Assembly (NCBI GenBank): GCA_963819655.1
Contig: CAWFXA010000002.1
Location: 832,001 to 896,000 of the forward strand
DNA length: 64,000 nt
DNA from: an uncultured Chloroflexia bacterium
GTDB lineage: Bacteria > Chloroflexota > Limnocylindria > Limnocylindrales > CSP1-4
Reading direction: 5' to 3'
Shown here one piece after another: positions 1 to 8,135 of this stretch. The position numbers were made by a program, and so were the translations under genes. The notes under the pieces were generated by a model, which worked only from the letters and a program-made list of their open reading frames with translations, had not been told where the DNA came from and did no database searches. Numbering within the stretch: the stretch's first letter is position 1; every line of letters starts with the position of its first letter.

Positions 1-80
1 ACCTGGTGGTACAGCTCCTCGGCGCGATCGACGCGCCCGAACGACAGGGCCCGCTCCGCTTCGAGCAGCAGCTCGATCAT
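1..80 (-). CDS. TPR-like protein, N-terminal part (runs off the window start)
   Basis: ATG at 80 overlaps the cca stop (ATGA). Reads MIELLLEAERALSFGRVDRAEELYHQV, a TPR-like helix pattern. Confidence 0.6.
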   Translation of the reverse strand, partial: MIELLLEAERALSFGRVDRAEELYHQ

Positions 81-1462
81 CGGCTGGGATCCTGCGCGGC
101 CATCGACCGCGCGACCGCAAGGAGCCGGTCGCGGGTGTTGAGCGTCGGATCGCCGATCACCCGGTCGAGCAGCCGTTGCAGGGTCCGGCCGACGATCGGC
201 CCGGGCTTCCAGCCGAATTCCGTCATCAGGTCGGAGCCGTCGATCGCTAATGCCTTCAGGTCGAGAGCCGCGCCCGAGGTCAGCTGTGCCGCGACGCGGC
301 CCTTGAGCTCGGTGAGACGGCCGGCATCCGGCGGGTTGCCGGACCCGACGTTGTCCGCCTCACGCAGGAGGAACAGGTCGTCGAGTGCATCCTTCCCGAC
401 CTTCACGATGAACCGACGGATCGCAGCGTCGGACCAGGTCGGCACGTATCCGAACATGTGGTTGCGGATGAGATGGACCACGCGCTCCCGCTCGGTTGTC
501 GGCCAGCGCCAGCGATCGAGCACCTCGCGGGCCTGCTGGGCGCCGACGATCTCGTGGCCGACGAACCGACCGTCAGCCATCGTCGATGGCTTGCCCAGAT
601 CGTGCAGCAGGGCTGCCAACCGGATCCGTATCGGCTCCGACACGGCGCCATCGACGGCGCGCAGAGTGTGGTCCCACAGATCCTCGCCGGGAACCTTGTT
701 CTGGGGCACGCCCCGCTGCGCCGCCAGCTCGGGTGTCAGGTGAGCCAAGAGACCGGTGTCGAACAGCGGCCGGAGACCCGTCGACGGCCGTGAGGCCGCG
801 AGAAGCTTGCCCATCTCCGCCCCGATGCGTTCGCCCGACAGGTGGCTGACGAGCTCGGCGCGAGACCCGATCGCGCCCAGCGTTGCCGGCTCGATCGTGA
901 AGTCGAGGGTCGCCACCAGTCGGACGGCTCGGACCATCCTCAGCGCATCCTCACCGAACCGCGTCGCCGGGTCGCCGACCGCGCGGAGGGTGTGCGCCGC
1001 GAGGTCGGCGCGGCCGCCGTACGGGTCGACGAACCGCGGCTCGCTGCCCGGTTCGGCACCCCACGCCATCGCGTTGACCGTGAAGTCGCGACGCGCCAGG
1101 TCCACCTCGATCGAGTCGCCGAACTCCACCCGATGCGGCCGCCGGTAGTCCGCGTAGTCGTGGTCGGACCGGAACGTCGTGATCTCGACCTCGCCGACTC
1201 CTGGGTCACCGCCCCTGACCGCTACGGTCCCGAACTGGTTTTCGTAGGTGGCCCCCGGAAACAGGCTCGCCGTCATCTCGGGGAGGGCCGAGGTGGTCAG
1301 GTCCCAGTCCGTCGCAGGGCGACCCAGGAGCAGGTCGCGCACGGACCCGCCGACCACGTATGCGGCGTGGCCTTCGGACCACAGTGTCCCGAGGAGCTCG
1401 TGGATGGCGGCGGGGATCGCCGATGATGGATCGACCGGGGCTCGTCCCGCGTCGAGCGTCAG
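77..1462 (-). CDS. cca: CCA tRNA nucleotidyltransferase / poly(A) polymerase family with HD domain
   Basis: Motifs VGGSVRD, DWDLTT, EITTFR, DLARRDFTVNAMA, EDALRMVR, LLHDLGK. Start uncertain: CTG at 1462 overlaps the HNH stop; ATG at 1492 is an alternative. Confidence 0.9.
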   Translation of the reverse strand: MTLDAGRAPVDPSSAIPAAIHELLGTLWSEGHAAYVVGGSVRDLLLGRPATDWDLTTSALPEMTASLFPGATYENQFGTVAVRGGDPGVGEVEITTFRSDHDYADYRRPHRVEFGDSIEVDLARRDFTVNAMAWGAEPGSEPRFVDPYGGRADLAAHTLRAVGDPATRFGEDALRMVRAVRLVATLDFTIEPATLGAIGSRAELVSHLSGERIGAEMGKLLAASRPSTGLRPLFDTGLLAHLTPELAAQRGVPQNKVPGEDLWDHTLRAVDGAVSEPIRIRLAALLHDLGKPSTMADGRFVGHEIVGAQQAREVLDRWRWPTTERERVVHLIRNHMFGYVPTWSDAAIRRFIVKVGKDALDDLFLLREADNVGSGNPPDAGRLTELKGRVAAQLTSGAALDLKALAIDGSDLMTEFGWKPGPIVGRTLQRLLDRVIGDPTLNTRDRLLAVARSMAAQDPSR

Positions 1463-1974
1463 TTCCGCCCCAGGAAGAGGTAGGTGCGCCATGCATCGTT
1501 CCGCTCGTCCGTGAGGTACGGCGTGAACAGCGAATAGATGTCGCTGCGCGGCTCGAACGGGGTGCGGTGGAGCCGGAGGCGCGCTTCCTCGAGGGTCTTG
1601 CCGCCCTTGCGGTGATTGCATGACTTGCAGGCGGTGACGAGGTTCTCCCACGTGTGCCCGCCCCCACGATGACGGGGCATGACATGGTCGAGCGTCAGGT
1701 CGTGCGTCTGGCGCCCGCAGTACTGGCAGACATGACGGTCGCGCGCGAATACCTCGCGACGGGACAGTTTCACCCGCGGGCGGGGCCGGCGGATCATGTG
1801 CTGCAGCCGGATGACGGAGGGCGCGCGGAACTCAGTCCGCGGCGTCCGGATCATCTGGTGGTCGTACTCGATCACCTCGGCCTTCTCGCCGAACAGAAGA
1901 CGGAAGGCCCTTGGCAGATTGCAGACGTTCAGCGGCTCGTAGTTCTGGTTCAGAACGAGAACGACGCCGTCCAT
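1459..1974 (-). CDS. HNH endonuclease (McrA-like)
   Basis: VLVLNQNYEPL, RDRHVCQYCG, TLDHVMPRHRGG, WENLVTACKSCNHRKG. TATCCT lies 9 nt before the ATG. Confidence 0.92.
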   Translation of the reverse strand: MDGVVLVLNQNYEPLNVCNLPRAFRLLFGEKAEVIEYDHQMIRTPRTEFRAPSVIRLQHMIRRPRPRVKLSRREVFARDRHVCQYCGRQTHDLTLDHVMPRHRGGGHTWENLVTACKSCNHRKGGKTLEEARLRLHRTPFEPRSDIYSLFTPYLTDERNDAWRTYLFLGRN

Positions 1975-2047
1975 GGTGGGCGGAGGATAACAAGAACGCA
2001 GCGCGCCGCTGGGCGCGTGACCTAATGGTCGGCCAGCACGTGCTCCG

Positions 2048-2992
2048 TCACGCCTCGCGACCGGTCGCGCGGCCAGTCCGCTGGTCCCAGCCACCGGCCT
2101 GGCCCACCTTTGTCGTGAGCGGCTTCCCGAGGGCTTCCGCGATGAAGCGCGCCGCGACGAGGACGCCTTCGAGGGTCACGCCGTGCTCGTATCCGGACGC
2201 GTCGAGCATGTACACGAGATCCTCGGTCGCGAGGTTGCCGGCCGCTCCCGGCGCGTACGGGCAACCACCGGTCCCGCCGGTCGCGGAATCGAACGTCCGC
2301 ACGCCGGCCGCGAGACCCATCGCGACGTTGGCCAGCGCCGTCCCGCGCGTGTCGTGGAAGTGGTAGGCCTGCTGGCTCAGAGGTATCCCCGCCGCCTCCG
2401 CCAAAGCCACGACCTCAGCCACCTGGTCCGGGACGCCCACACCGATCGTGTCGCCGAAACAGATCTCGTCTGCACCGAGCGCGACGAGTCGGACCGCCAC
2501 GTCGACCGCGTCCGCTGGGTCGACTCGACCGGTGTATGGGCATCCGAACGCCGTCGAGACGTAGGCGCGTCGCCACCAACCGAGCTTCCTGGCACGCGCC
2601 AGCACGGGCGCGAACGCGGTAAGCAATTCGTCGACGGTCATGCCGATGTTGTGCCGCGTGAACGCGTCCGTCGCGGCCGTGAAGACGGCGATCGCGTCGA
2701 CGCCTGCCGCCTCTGCGCGAACCATGCCGCGCTCGTTCGGCACGAGGACCGGGTAGCGCACGCCCGGTCGTCGAGGAAGGCGCCCGAGCAGGTCGTCTGC
2801 GTCGGCGAGCTGTGGGATCGCGCGCGGCGACACGAACGAGGTAGCTTCGATCTCCTGGACGCCGGCGTCGACGAGCAACTCGATGAAGCGAACCTTGACG
2901 TCGGTCGGGACGGAGACCGCCTCGTTCTGCAGGCCATCGCGCGGCCCAACTTCGTAGATCCGGACGTGGCGCCCGCCGGGTCCCGGCGTCAT
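2048..2992 (-). CDS. hmgL: Hydroxymethylglutaryl-CoA lyase
   Basis: EVGPRDGLQNE, HFHDTRG, GGCPYAPGAAGNLATED. Confidence 0.95.
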   Translation of the reverse strand: MTPGPGGRHVRIYEVGPRDGLQNEAVSVPTDVKVRFIELLVDAGVQEIEATSFVSPRAIPQLADADDLLGRLPRRPGVRYPVLVPNERGMVRAEAAGVDAIAVFTAATDAFTRHNIGMTVDELLTAFAPVLARARKLGWWRRAYVSTAFGCPYTGRVDPADAVDVAVRLVALGADEICFGDTIGVGVPDQVAEVVALAEAAGIPLSQQAYHFHDTRGTALANVAMGLAAGVRTFDSATGGTGGCPYAPGAAGNLATEDLVYMLDASGYEHGVTLEGVLVAARFIAEALGKPLTTKVGQAGGWDQRTGRATGREA

Positions 2993-3006
2993 CGACCGGT
3001 CGTCAG
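2989..3006 (-). other. Bridging mini-ORF CTG-ACG-ACC-GGT-CGA-TGA
   Basis: Start overlaps the upstream stop (CTGA) and stop overlaps the hmgL ATG (ATGA). Confidence 0.4.
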
Positions 3007-3242
3007 ACGAGCGGCGGGTCCACCGCCCGCTCGATCCGGGCGATCTCGATCTCGATTCGGCCGATCAGCTCGATCGCCTCGACGTGCTCCGAGCTGCCGT
3101 GGGACGCCGCGTTACGACGCGCCCGGGTCTCGCGATGAAGGTCGAGGAGCTCGAGACGGGTCTGCGGCAGGGTGGTCCCTGTGCGCTGGGCGGCCTTCGC
3201 CGCGTGCTTCGTCCGCTTCTCGAGCTTCTTCTTCTCGCCCAC
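3003..3242 (-). CDS. Small hypothetical protein, 79 aa, Lys-rich N-terminus and helical
   Basis: Fills the operon gap exactly, has genome-like codon usage, and has TACGAT 6 nt before the GTG. Confidence 0.75.
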   Translation of the reverse strand: MGEKKKLEKRTKHAAKAAQRTGTTLPQTRLELLDLHRETRARRNAASHGSSEHVEAIELIGRIEIEIARIERAVDPPLV

Positions 3243-3266
3243 GACCGAATCGTACCGCGTCCGCGA

Positions 3267-5264
3267 TCAGGCGGGTTCGACGATCGCGAGCCGCTGGCCG
3301 CGGACGACCTGGTCCCCGGCGCCGACGAACAGGTCGGTGACGACTCCCGCATTGCTGGCCGTCACGGCGTGCTCCATCTTCATCGCCTCGAGGGTCACCA
3401 CGGCGTCGCCCGCCTCGACAGCTGTCCCGACCGGCGTGCCGATCGACAGGACCTGGCCGGGCATCGGCGCCACGAGCTCGACAGGACCCGAGCCATGGGC
3501 GGCCGCGGCGGCGCTCGCCGCTCGGTCGACATCAGGCGATGGCGCCAGGTGAAAGGCGATACTCCGACCGGCCAGGTCCAGGTGCACGGTGTCGCCCTCG
3601 CGGACCATGGCCGCGCGCGTCGTCGCGGTGCCAGGTGCCATGCGGACCGCCCGGACGGCGTCCTCCGCGGCCAGGCGCACGGTGTTCGCAGCATTCAGCC
3701 GAAACCCGTCACCGGCGGCGCGGCCGGCCAGCAGCGTCCGAGCCGCCGCCGCCCACGCCGCATCGGGGATGCGCGTGCGCTGCTGCCAGTCGTCCGGTGG
3801 CCAGATCCGTTCGAGGGTATCGGTCCGCGCTTGTCCGGCTCGAACGACCGGCTCGCGGACGAGCCAGCGCAGGAACCGCAGGTTCGTTGTCAGACCCACG
3901 ATCACGGTCGCGTCGAGTGCCGCGGTGAGGCGGTCGAGCGCCTCACCGCGGTCGCGGCCGTGCGCGACGATCTTGGCGAGCATGGGGTCGAAGCGACCGC
4001 CCACGTCGTCGCCTTCGTCGACTCCGGCATCGACCCGAACGCCGTCGCCGGCGGGCCAGCGGAGCTGGAGGATCGTGCCCGTCGCGGGCAGGAAGTCGTG
4101 CTCGGCATCCTCCGCGTAGACCCTGACCTCAACGGCGTGGCCGTCCCAGCGGATCTCGGACTGATCGACGCCGAGCGGCTCGCCGCCCGCGATGCGGATC
4201 TGGTCGGCGACCAGGTCCCGGCCCGTCACGAGCTCGGTCACCGGGTGCTCGACCTGGAGGCGGGTGTTCATCTCGAGGAACGTCAGATCGCCGTGGTCGT
4301 CGAGCAGGAACTCACAGGTCCCCGCGCTCTCATAGCCCACGGCGCTCGCCAGTCGCACCGCGGCGGCGCCCATCTGCTCGCGGATAGCGGCGTCGACGCC
4401 CGGGGAACCGGCTTCTTCGAGGACTTTCTGGTGGCGCCGTTGGATCGAGCAATCGCGCTCGCCGAGATGGACGCCATTGCCGCGTCGATCGAACAGGACC
4501 TGGATCTCGACGTGCCGCGCCCCCTCGACGAGGCGCTCGAGGATGAGCCGGTCGTCGCCGAAGGCGGCCGACGCTTCGCGCCTGGCGGCCGCGAGCTCGG
4601 GAGGCAGCCGGTCGAGGTCGCGGATGGTCCGCATGCCCTTCCCGCCGCCACCGGCTGCCGGCTTGATCAGAAGCGGTACGCCGATCCGCTCCGCTGCGGC
4701 GATCAATGCGTGGTCGGACTGGTCGGCGTCGTCGTAGCCGGCGGGTATCGGGATCCCGAGGTCAGCGGCGATCCGACGCGCTGCGGCCTTGTCGCCCATG
4801 GTGCGGATGGCCGCCGGCGGGGGACCGATCCAGGTCAGCCCGGCGTCAAGGACCGACTGGGCGAAGTCCGCGTTCTCCGCAAGGAAGCCGAACCCCGGGT
4901 GGATGGCATCCGCGCCGCCGCGCGTGGCTGCTTCGACGACGGCCAGGCCGTCGAGGAGGTCGACCGCGTCCGAGCCGGCGGTGTGTGGCACCACCACGCC
5001 GATGGCAAGCTCGGCGCACGTCCGGGCGATCCGCCGGGCGATCTCACCGCGGTTGGCCACGAAGACCGTGCGGACGGAACCGTGTGACGGCGGCGCGCCG
5101 CTGTCATTAGATGGTTCTAACGCGGCAAACGCGTCAAACGCGACACGCCAGCGTCCTCCAACGCGCCGAGCCGGGAGCCGGCCACTCACGATCCACCGCT
5201 GGACGGTTCTCGTTGAAGTCCTTAGTCGCCGCGCGACCTCACTGGGACTCAGTTCCTCGGCCAT
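3267..5264 (-). CDS. Methylcrotonyl/acyl-CoA carboxylase alpha subunit (biotin carboxylase + BCCP) with N-terminal excisionase-type HTH
   Basis: N-term LSPSEVARRLRTSTRTVQRWIVSGRLPARRVGGRWRV, then VANRGEIA, HPGFGFLAEN, GGGGKGMR, RDCSIQRRHQK, EMNTRLQVEHPVTE and the biotin motif EAMKME. Confidence 0.93.
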   Translation of the reverse strand: MAEELSPSEVARRLRTSTRTVQRWIVSGRLPARRVGGRWRVAFDAFAALEPSNDSGAPPSHGSVRTVFVANRGEIARRIARTCAELAIGVVVPHTAGSDAVDLLDGLAVVEAATRGGADAIHPGFGFLAENADFAQSVLDAGLTWIGPPPAAIRTMGDKAAARRIAADLGIPIPAGYDDADQSDHALIAAAERIGVPLLIKPAAGGGGKGMRTIRDLDRLPPELAAARREASAAFGDDRLILERLVEGARHVEIQVLFDRRGNGVHLGERDCSIQRRHQKVLEEAGSPGVDAAIREQMGAAAVRLASAVGYESAGTCEFLLDDHGDLTFLEMNTRLQVEHPVTELVTGRDLVADQIRIAGGEPLGVDQSEIRWDGHAVEVRVYAEDAEHDFLPATGTILQLRWPAGDGVRVDAGVDEGDDVGGRFDPMLAKIVAHGRDRGEALDRLTAALDATVIVGLTTNLRFLRWLVREPVVRAGQARTDTLERIWPPDDWQQRTRIPDAAWAAAARTLLAGRAAGDGFRLNAANTVRLAAEDAVRAVRMAPGTATTRAAMVREGDTVHLDLAGRSIAFHLAPSPDVDRAASAAAAAHGSGPVELVAPMPGQVLSIGTPVGTAVEAGDAVVTLEAMKMEHAVTASNAGVVTDLFVGAGDQVVRGQRLAIVEPA
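5119..5145. repeat. Three 9-bp direct repeats (AACGCGGCA/AACGCGTCA/AACGCGACA) at the 3' end of the HTH coding region
   Basis: Read directly from sequence. They force TTT/TTA codons, which are unusual for this GC content. Confidence 0.75.
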
Positions 5265-5266
5265 TT

Positions 5267-5302
5267 CGTCGCGAGTGTCGCATACGACGCGGTTTGCGCC
5301 TA
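5267..5302. promoter_or_regulatory. 9-bp-period repeat array (CGTCGCGAG/TGTCGCATA/CGACGCGGT/TTGCGCCTA) at the carboxylase start; candidate operator
   Basis: Same YGHCGC core as 5119-5145, in the opposite orientation. Confidence 0.5.
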
Positions 5303-6112
5303 GTCGCCGTCTCCAGGAGGCGACCATGACGGCCGCCGCTTCTCGTCGAATGCAGCAAAGCCCTCGCGTGCCTCGTCCGTGACGCGTTGGCGAGCGATCA
5401 CGCGCGCCGTGTGCCATTTCGCCGACCCGTGCCCGACGCCACGGACCTCACGAACGATCGCCTTGGCCGCGCGAACCGCGGTCGGGCCGGACGCCAGGAC
5501 ATCCCCGATCGCGGCATCGACCGCGTCATCGAGCGCGCCATCGCCCTCGACGACCTCGTGGACCAGTCCGATCCGCTGCGCGCGGACCGCGTCGAACCGA
5601 CGCCCGCCGGGGAACAGCGCCCGCGCGTGCGAATCGCCGATCTTGGCGACGACGAACGGCGCGATCACCGCGGGGAGGATCCCCAATCGCGTCTCCGTGA
5701 ACCCGAACCGGGTGCCGCTCTCGGCGATCACGAGATCGGACACGGCGCACAGGCCCATCCCGCCGCCGAGTGCCGCACCGTGGACGCGGGCGATCACCGG
5801 CACAGGACAGGTGTCGATGGCCTCGAACATGTCGGCCATCGCCATCGCATCCTGCTCGTTGCCCTCGACGTCGAGTGCCATCGCTGCGCGCATCCACGAA
5901 ACGTCAGCACCAGCGCAGAACGATGGTCCGTCGCCCGCCAGCACCACGACGCGGAGCCGGTCGGCGTCCTCCCGCGCGAGACCGGCAAACGCCGCGCGGA
6001 GTTCGGCGATCACCGACGCGTCGAAGGCGTTGTGGACATCGGGTCGAGCGAGCGTCACGCGTGCGACGACGCCGTCGGGACCGGAGCGCTCGAGACGCAG
6101 GGCCGGGCTCAC
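5300..6112 (-). CDS. Enoyl-CoA hydratase, probably methylglutaconyl-CoA hydratase
   Basis: RPDVHNAF, FCAGADV, ALGGGMGL, FTETRLGILPA; leucine-catabolism context. Confidence 0.9.
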   Translation of the reverse strand: MSPALRLERSGPDGVVARVTLARPDVHNAFDASVIAELRAAFAGLAREDADRLRVVVLAGDGPSFCAGADVSWMRAAMALDVEGNEQDAMAMADMFEAIDTCPVPVIARVHGAALGGGMGLCAVSDLVIAESGTRFGFTETRLGILPAVIAPFVVAKIGDSHARALFPGGRRFDAVRAQRIGLVHEVVEGDGALDDAVDAAIGDVLASGPTAVRAAKAIVREVRGVGHGSAKWHTARVIARQRVTDEAREGFAAFDEKRRPSWSPPGDGD

Positions 6113-6205
6113 CGCCGCATGGTACCGACAGCCGGCGCGTCGGATTCGCGAACCTCCGGTGCCACCAGACACCGAATCACCCCACCAGACAGGTACATTT
6201 CACCC

Positions 6206-6706
6206 ATGGGTCCCGCGAACCCGTGGTCTCCGAACTGGCGGCCCGACCCGACCGGCCGTCGCGCCATCGCGATCCGGTCGAGTCGTCGCGGGGCGCTGCT
6301 GGCCGGCGTGCTGCTCTGGCCACTCGTCCTGCTCGCGACACTGACGACACCCGGCGCGCTCGAGGCCGACGTCCGGCAGGTCGTCCTGGTCGCAGCTTTG
6401 TCGTGGCCGGGCCTGGCGCTGCTCGGCGCGGGGCTCGCCCCAGCCGCCCTCGGTTCCCGGATCGACGCGACAGTGGCGGGGATCGCACTGGGCATCGGCG
6501 CCCCGATCGCCGCCATCACGTCGGCCCTCATCGGGGTCGCCATCATCGCGTCGATCTCGAGCACCGGCGCGGGTGTCGGTGAAGCGCTCGGGATGACGAT
6601 CCGCCTGGGCGTGCTCGGCGCCCTGCGCTGGTCGCCGCTGCTGGTCGTCGTAGTGGTCGTCTGGCTCGTGGTCGTTCGGCAGACGGAGCGCCGACGGACC
6701 GATTAG
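6206..6706 (+). CDS. Hypothetical membrane protein (about 4 TM)
   Basis: Hydrophobic segments; TACATT 6 nt before ATG 6206. Confidence 0.7.
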   Translation: MGPANPWSPNWRPDPTGRRAIAIRSSRRGALLAGVLLWPLVLLATLTTPGALEADVRQVVLVAALSWPGLALLGAGLAPAALGSRIDATVAGIALGIGAPIAAITSALIGVAIIASISSTGAGVGEALGMTIRLGVLGALRWSPLLVVVVVVWLVVVRQTERRRTD

Positions 6707-7467
6707 TCGAGGACCGCCACCGCATCGCCGACGCGGACGCGGCCCGGCTGAGCGACATCGGCGAGGACCCCGAAATCCGCGTGCTTGCCCTCGCGCAGTC
6801 CGCGATAGGCGATGAGTGTGCGCAGCGTGTCGAGGTCACGGGTCCCGCTCTCCGGGTCCTGGGTCGTGATCGCGCAGCGTGCATCGGGCTTGGTGACCTG
6901 CAGCACGGCGTCACCGATGGCGATCCGGTGACCGATCCAGGTGTCCTCCTCGTGCGGCTCGGCATCCTCGAGATCGATGAGCATCCGGAAACGCCGGCCA
7001 TCCACAGACTCGACTCCAGCGTGGTGAGCGAGCTCCCTCAGCGAGCCGTCCGAGATGATGCTTGTCGGGTTGCCGCTCCGCGTGCCGCCCGGCCGGTCGC
7101 AGCGAATGACCCGGATCGGTCGACCGGCGAACGACGCGATCGCCTCGGCCCACGGGCCGATGACGACGCGGCCGACTCCGGTCCTGCCATGGACCGGCGT
7201 CTCGACCGGCTCGCCCAGCCCGACCTCCTCCTCGATGACGGTCCCGTCCGGGAACCGCATCCAGAGCGTCATGCCCGCCGGGTCCGTATGCGTCGAGATC
7301 TTGACGAGCGGGCCGACGATCAATCGATCGACCAGGCGGTTCGCGTCGTCGGTCAGGAAGAACCGCCGATCCTCGACCACGCCGACTTCGGTGATGTCGA
7401 TCTCGTCGGGGTGCTCGAGACCCATGCTGCGGACGGGAGAGATCGAGAAACGGGCGACGCGTGGCAC
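6703..7467 (-). CDS. MOSC domain protein
   Basis: ISPVRSM, DRRFFL, RRFRMLI, EEDTW, RCAITTQDP, GRVRVGD. Confidence 0.9.
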   Translation of the reverse strand: MPRVARFSISPVRSMGLEHPDEIDITEVGVVEDRRFFLTDDANRLVDRLIVGPLVKISTHTDPAGMTLWMRFPDGTVIEEEVGLGEPVETPVHGRTGVGRVVIGPWAEAIASFAGRPIRVIRCDRPGGTRSGNPTSIISDGSLRELAHHAGVESVDGRRFRMLIDLEDAEPHEEDTWIGHRIAIGDAVLQVTKPDARCAITTQDPESGTRDLDTLRTLIAYRGLREGKHADFGVLADVAQPGRVRVGDAVAVLD

Positions 7468-7505
7468 GCGCCGATGCTACCGGACGACGATCGCCGCGAC
7501 GCGCC

Positions 7506-8120
7506 TCACCGTAGCCCGACGCTCGCAAGCTCCGCCTTCGCCAGTCGCCCGTACTGGCCAGCCGCGTAATCGCCGAAGGGGTCCGAGGTGTAGTCGAGCA
7601 GCTCGGGATACGTCAGTCGATTGATCGCCCGCGTCGCGAGAGCGCGTTGCATCATCGCCGTGGAGACATCGACCGGTGCGCGCCGGATGGCCCGATGCGC
7701 GGCGCGGACCGTCGCGAGGCGGTCCGCTCGCCATGGGAGGTAGCGCGCCAGCCACGGGACGAGCATCACGGCAACGACCAGCAACCCGAGGAGCCGGGCG
7801 ATGAAGATCAGCAACGCCTCGAGCTCCTGGCCGGCCTGGACGATCGGCGCGCCGGCGGTGTCGAACGCGCCGGTCGCCAGCGAATCGATGCCCGCACCGA
7901 TGACGGGGACCCCGTTGAGGGCGTCGCCCAGCTGAGCGCCGGCGCCCTGGATGTTCCTGCCGCCGCCCTGGAGGACCCGGCCGGCCTCGGCGAAGCCCGA
8001 GATCGCGTCATGGATGCGCACGCCGATGACCACCCAGAGCGCCACCCAGGCCCATGTCGCCAGGTCGGCGATCAGCTCACGGGTCCTGGCCGTCCCGACC
8101 TCGCTGTAGAACTTGAGCAT
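7506..8120 (-). CDS. Hypothetical membrane protein (TM-helical-TM)
   Basis: SD AGGGAGG; two hydrophobic segments; follows the carboxyltransferase gene. Confidence 0.8.
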   Translation of the reverse strand: MLKFYSEVGTARTRELIADLATWAWVALWVVIGVRIHDAISGFAEAGRVLQGGGRNIQGAGAQLGDALNGVPVIGAGIDSLATGAFDTAGAPIVQAGQELEALLIFIARLLGLLVVAVMLVPWLARYLPWRADRLATVRAAHRAIRRAPVDVSTAMMQRALATRAINRLTYPELLDYTSDPFGDYAAGQYGRLAKAELASVGLR

Positions 8121-8135
8121 CCCGATCCTCCCTGG

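Noticed and set aside
1459-1974. HNH gene (or radC at 49925-50677) as a defence-island or mobile-element marker
   Set aside because: Both sit in ordinary chromosomal contexts (cca operon; radC-mreBC).
3084-5087. Long antisense ORFs (also 15458-17116, 25138-26730, 50730-52211, 59151-61004)
   Set aside because: Shadow frames of real high-GC genes with no motifs of their own.
5119-5264. Excisionase as evidence of a prophage or integrative element
   Set aside because: Fused in frame to a metabolic enzyme; no integrase, att site or phage genes nearby.
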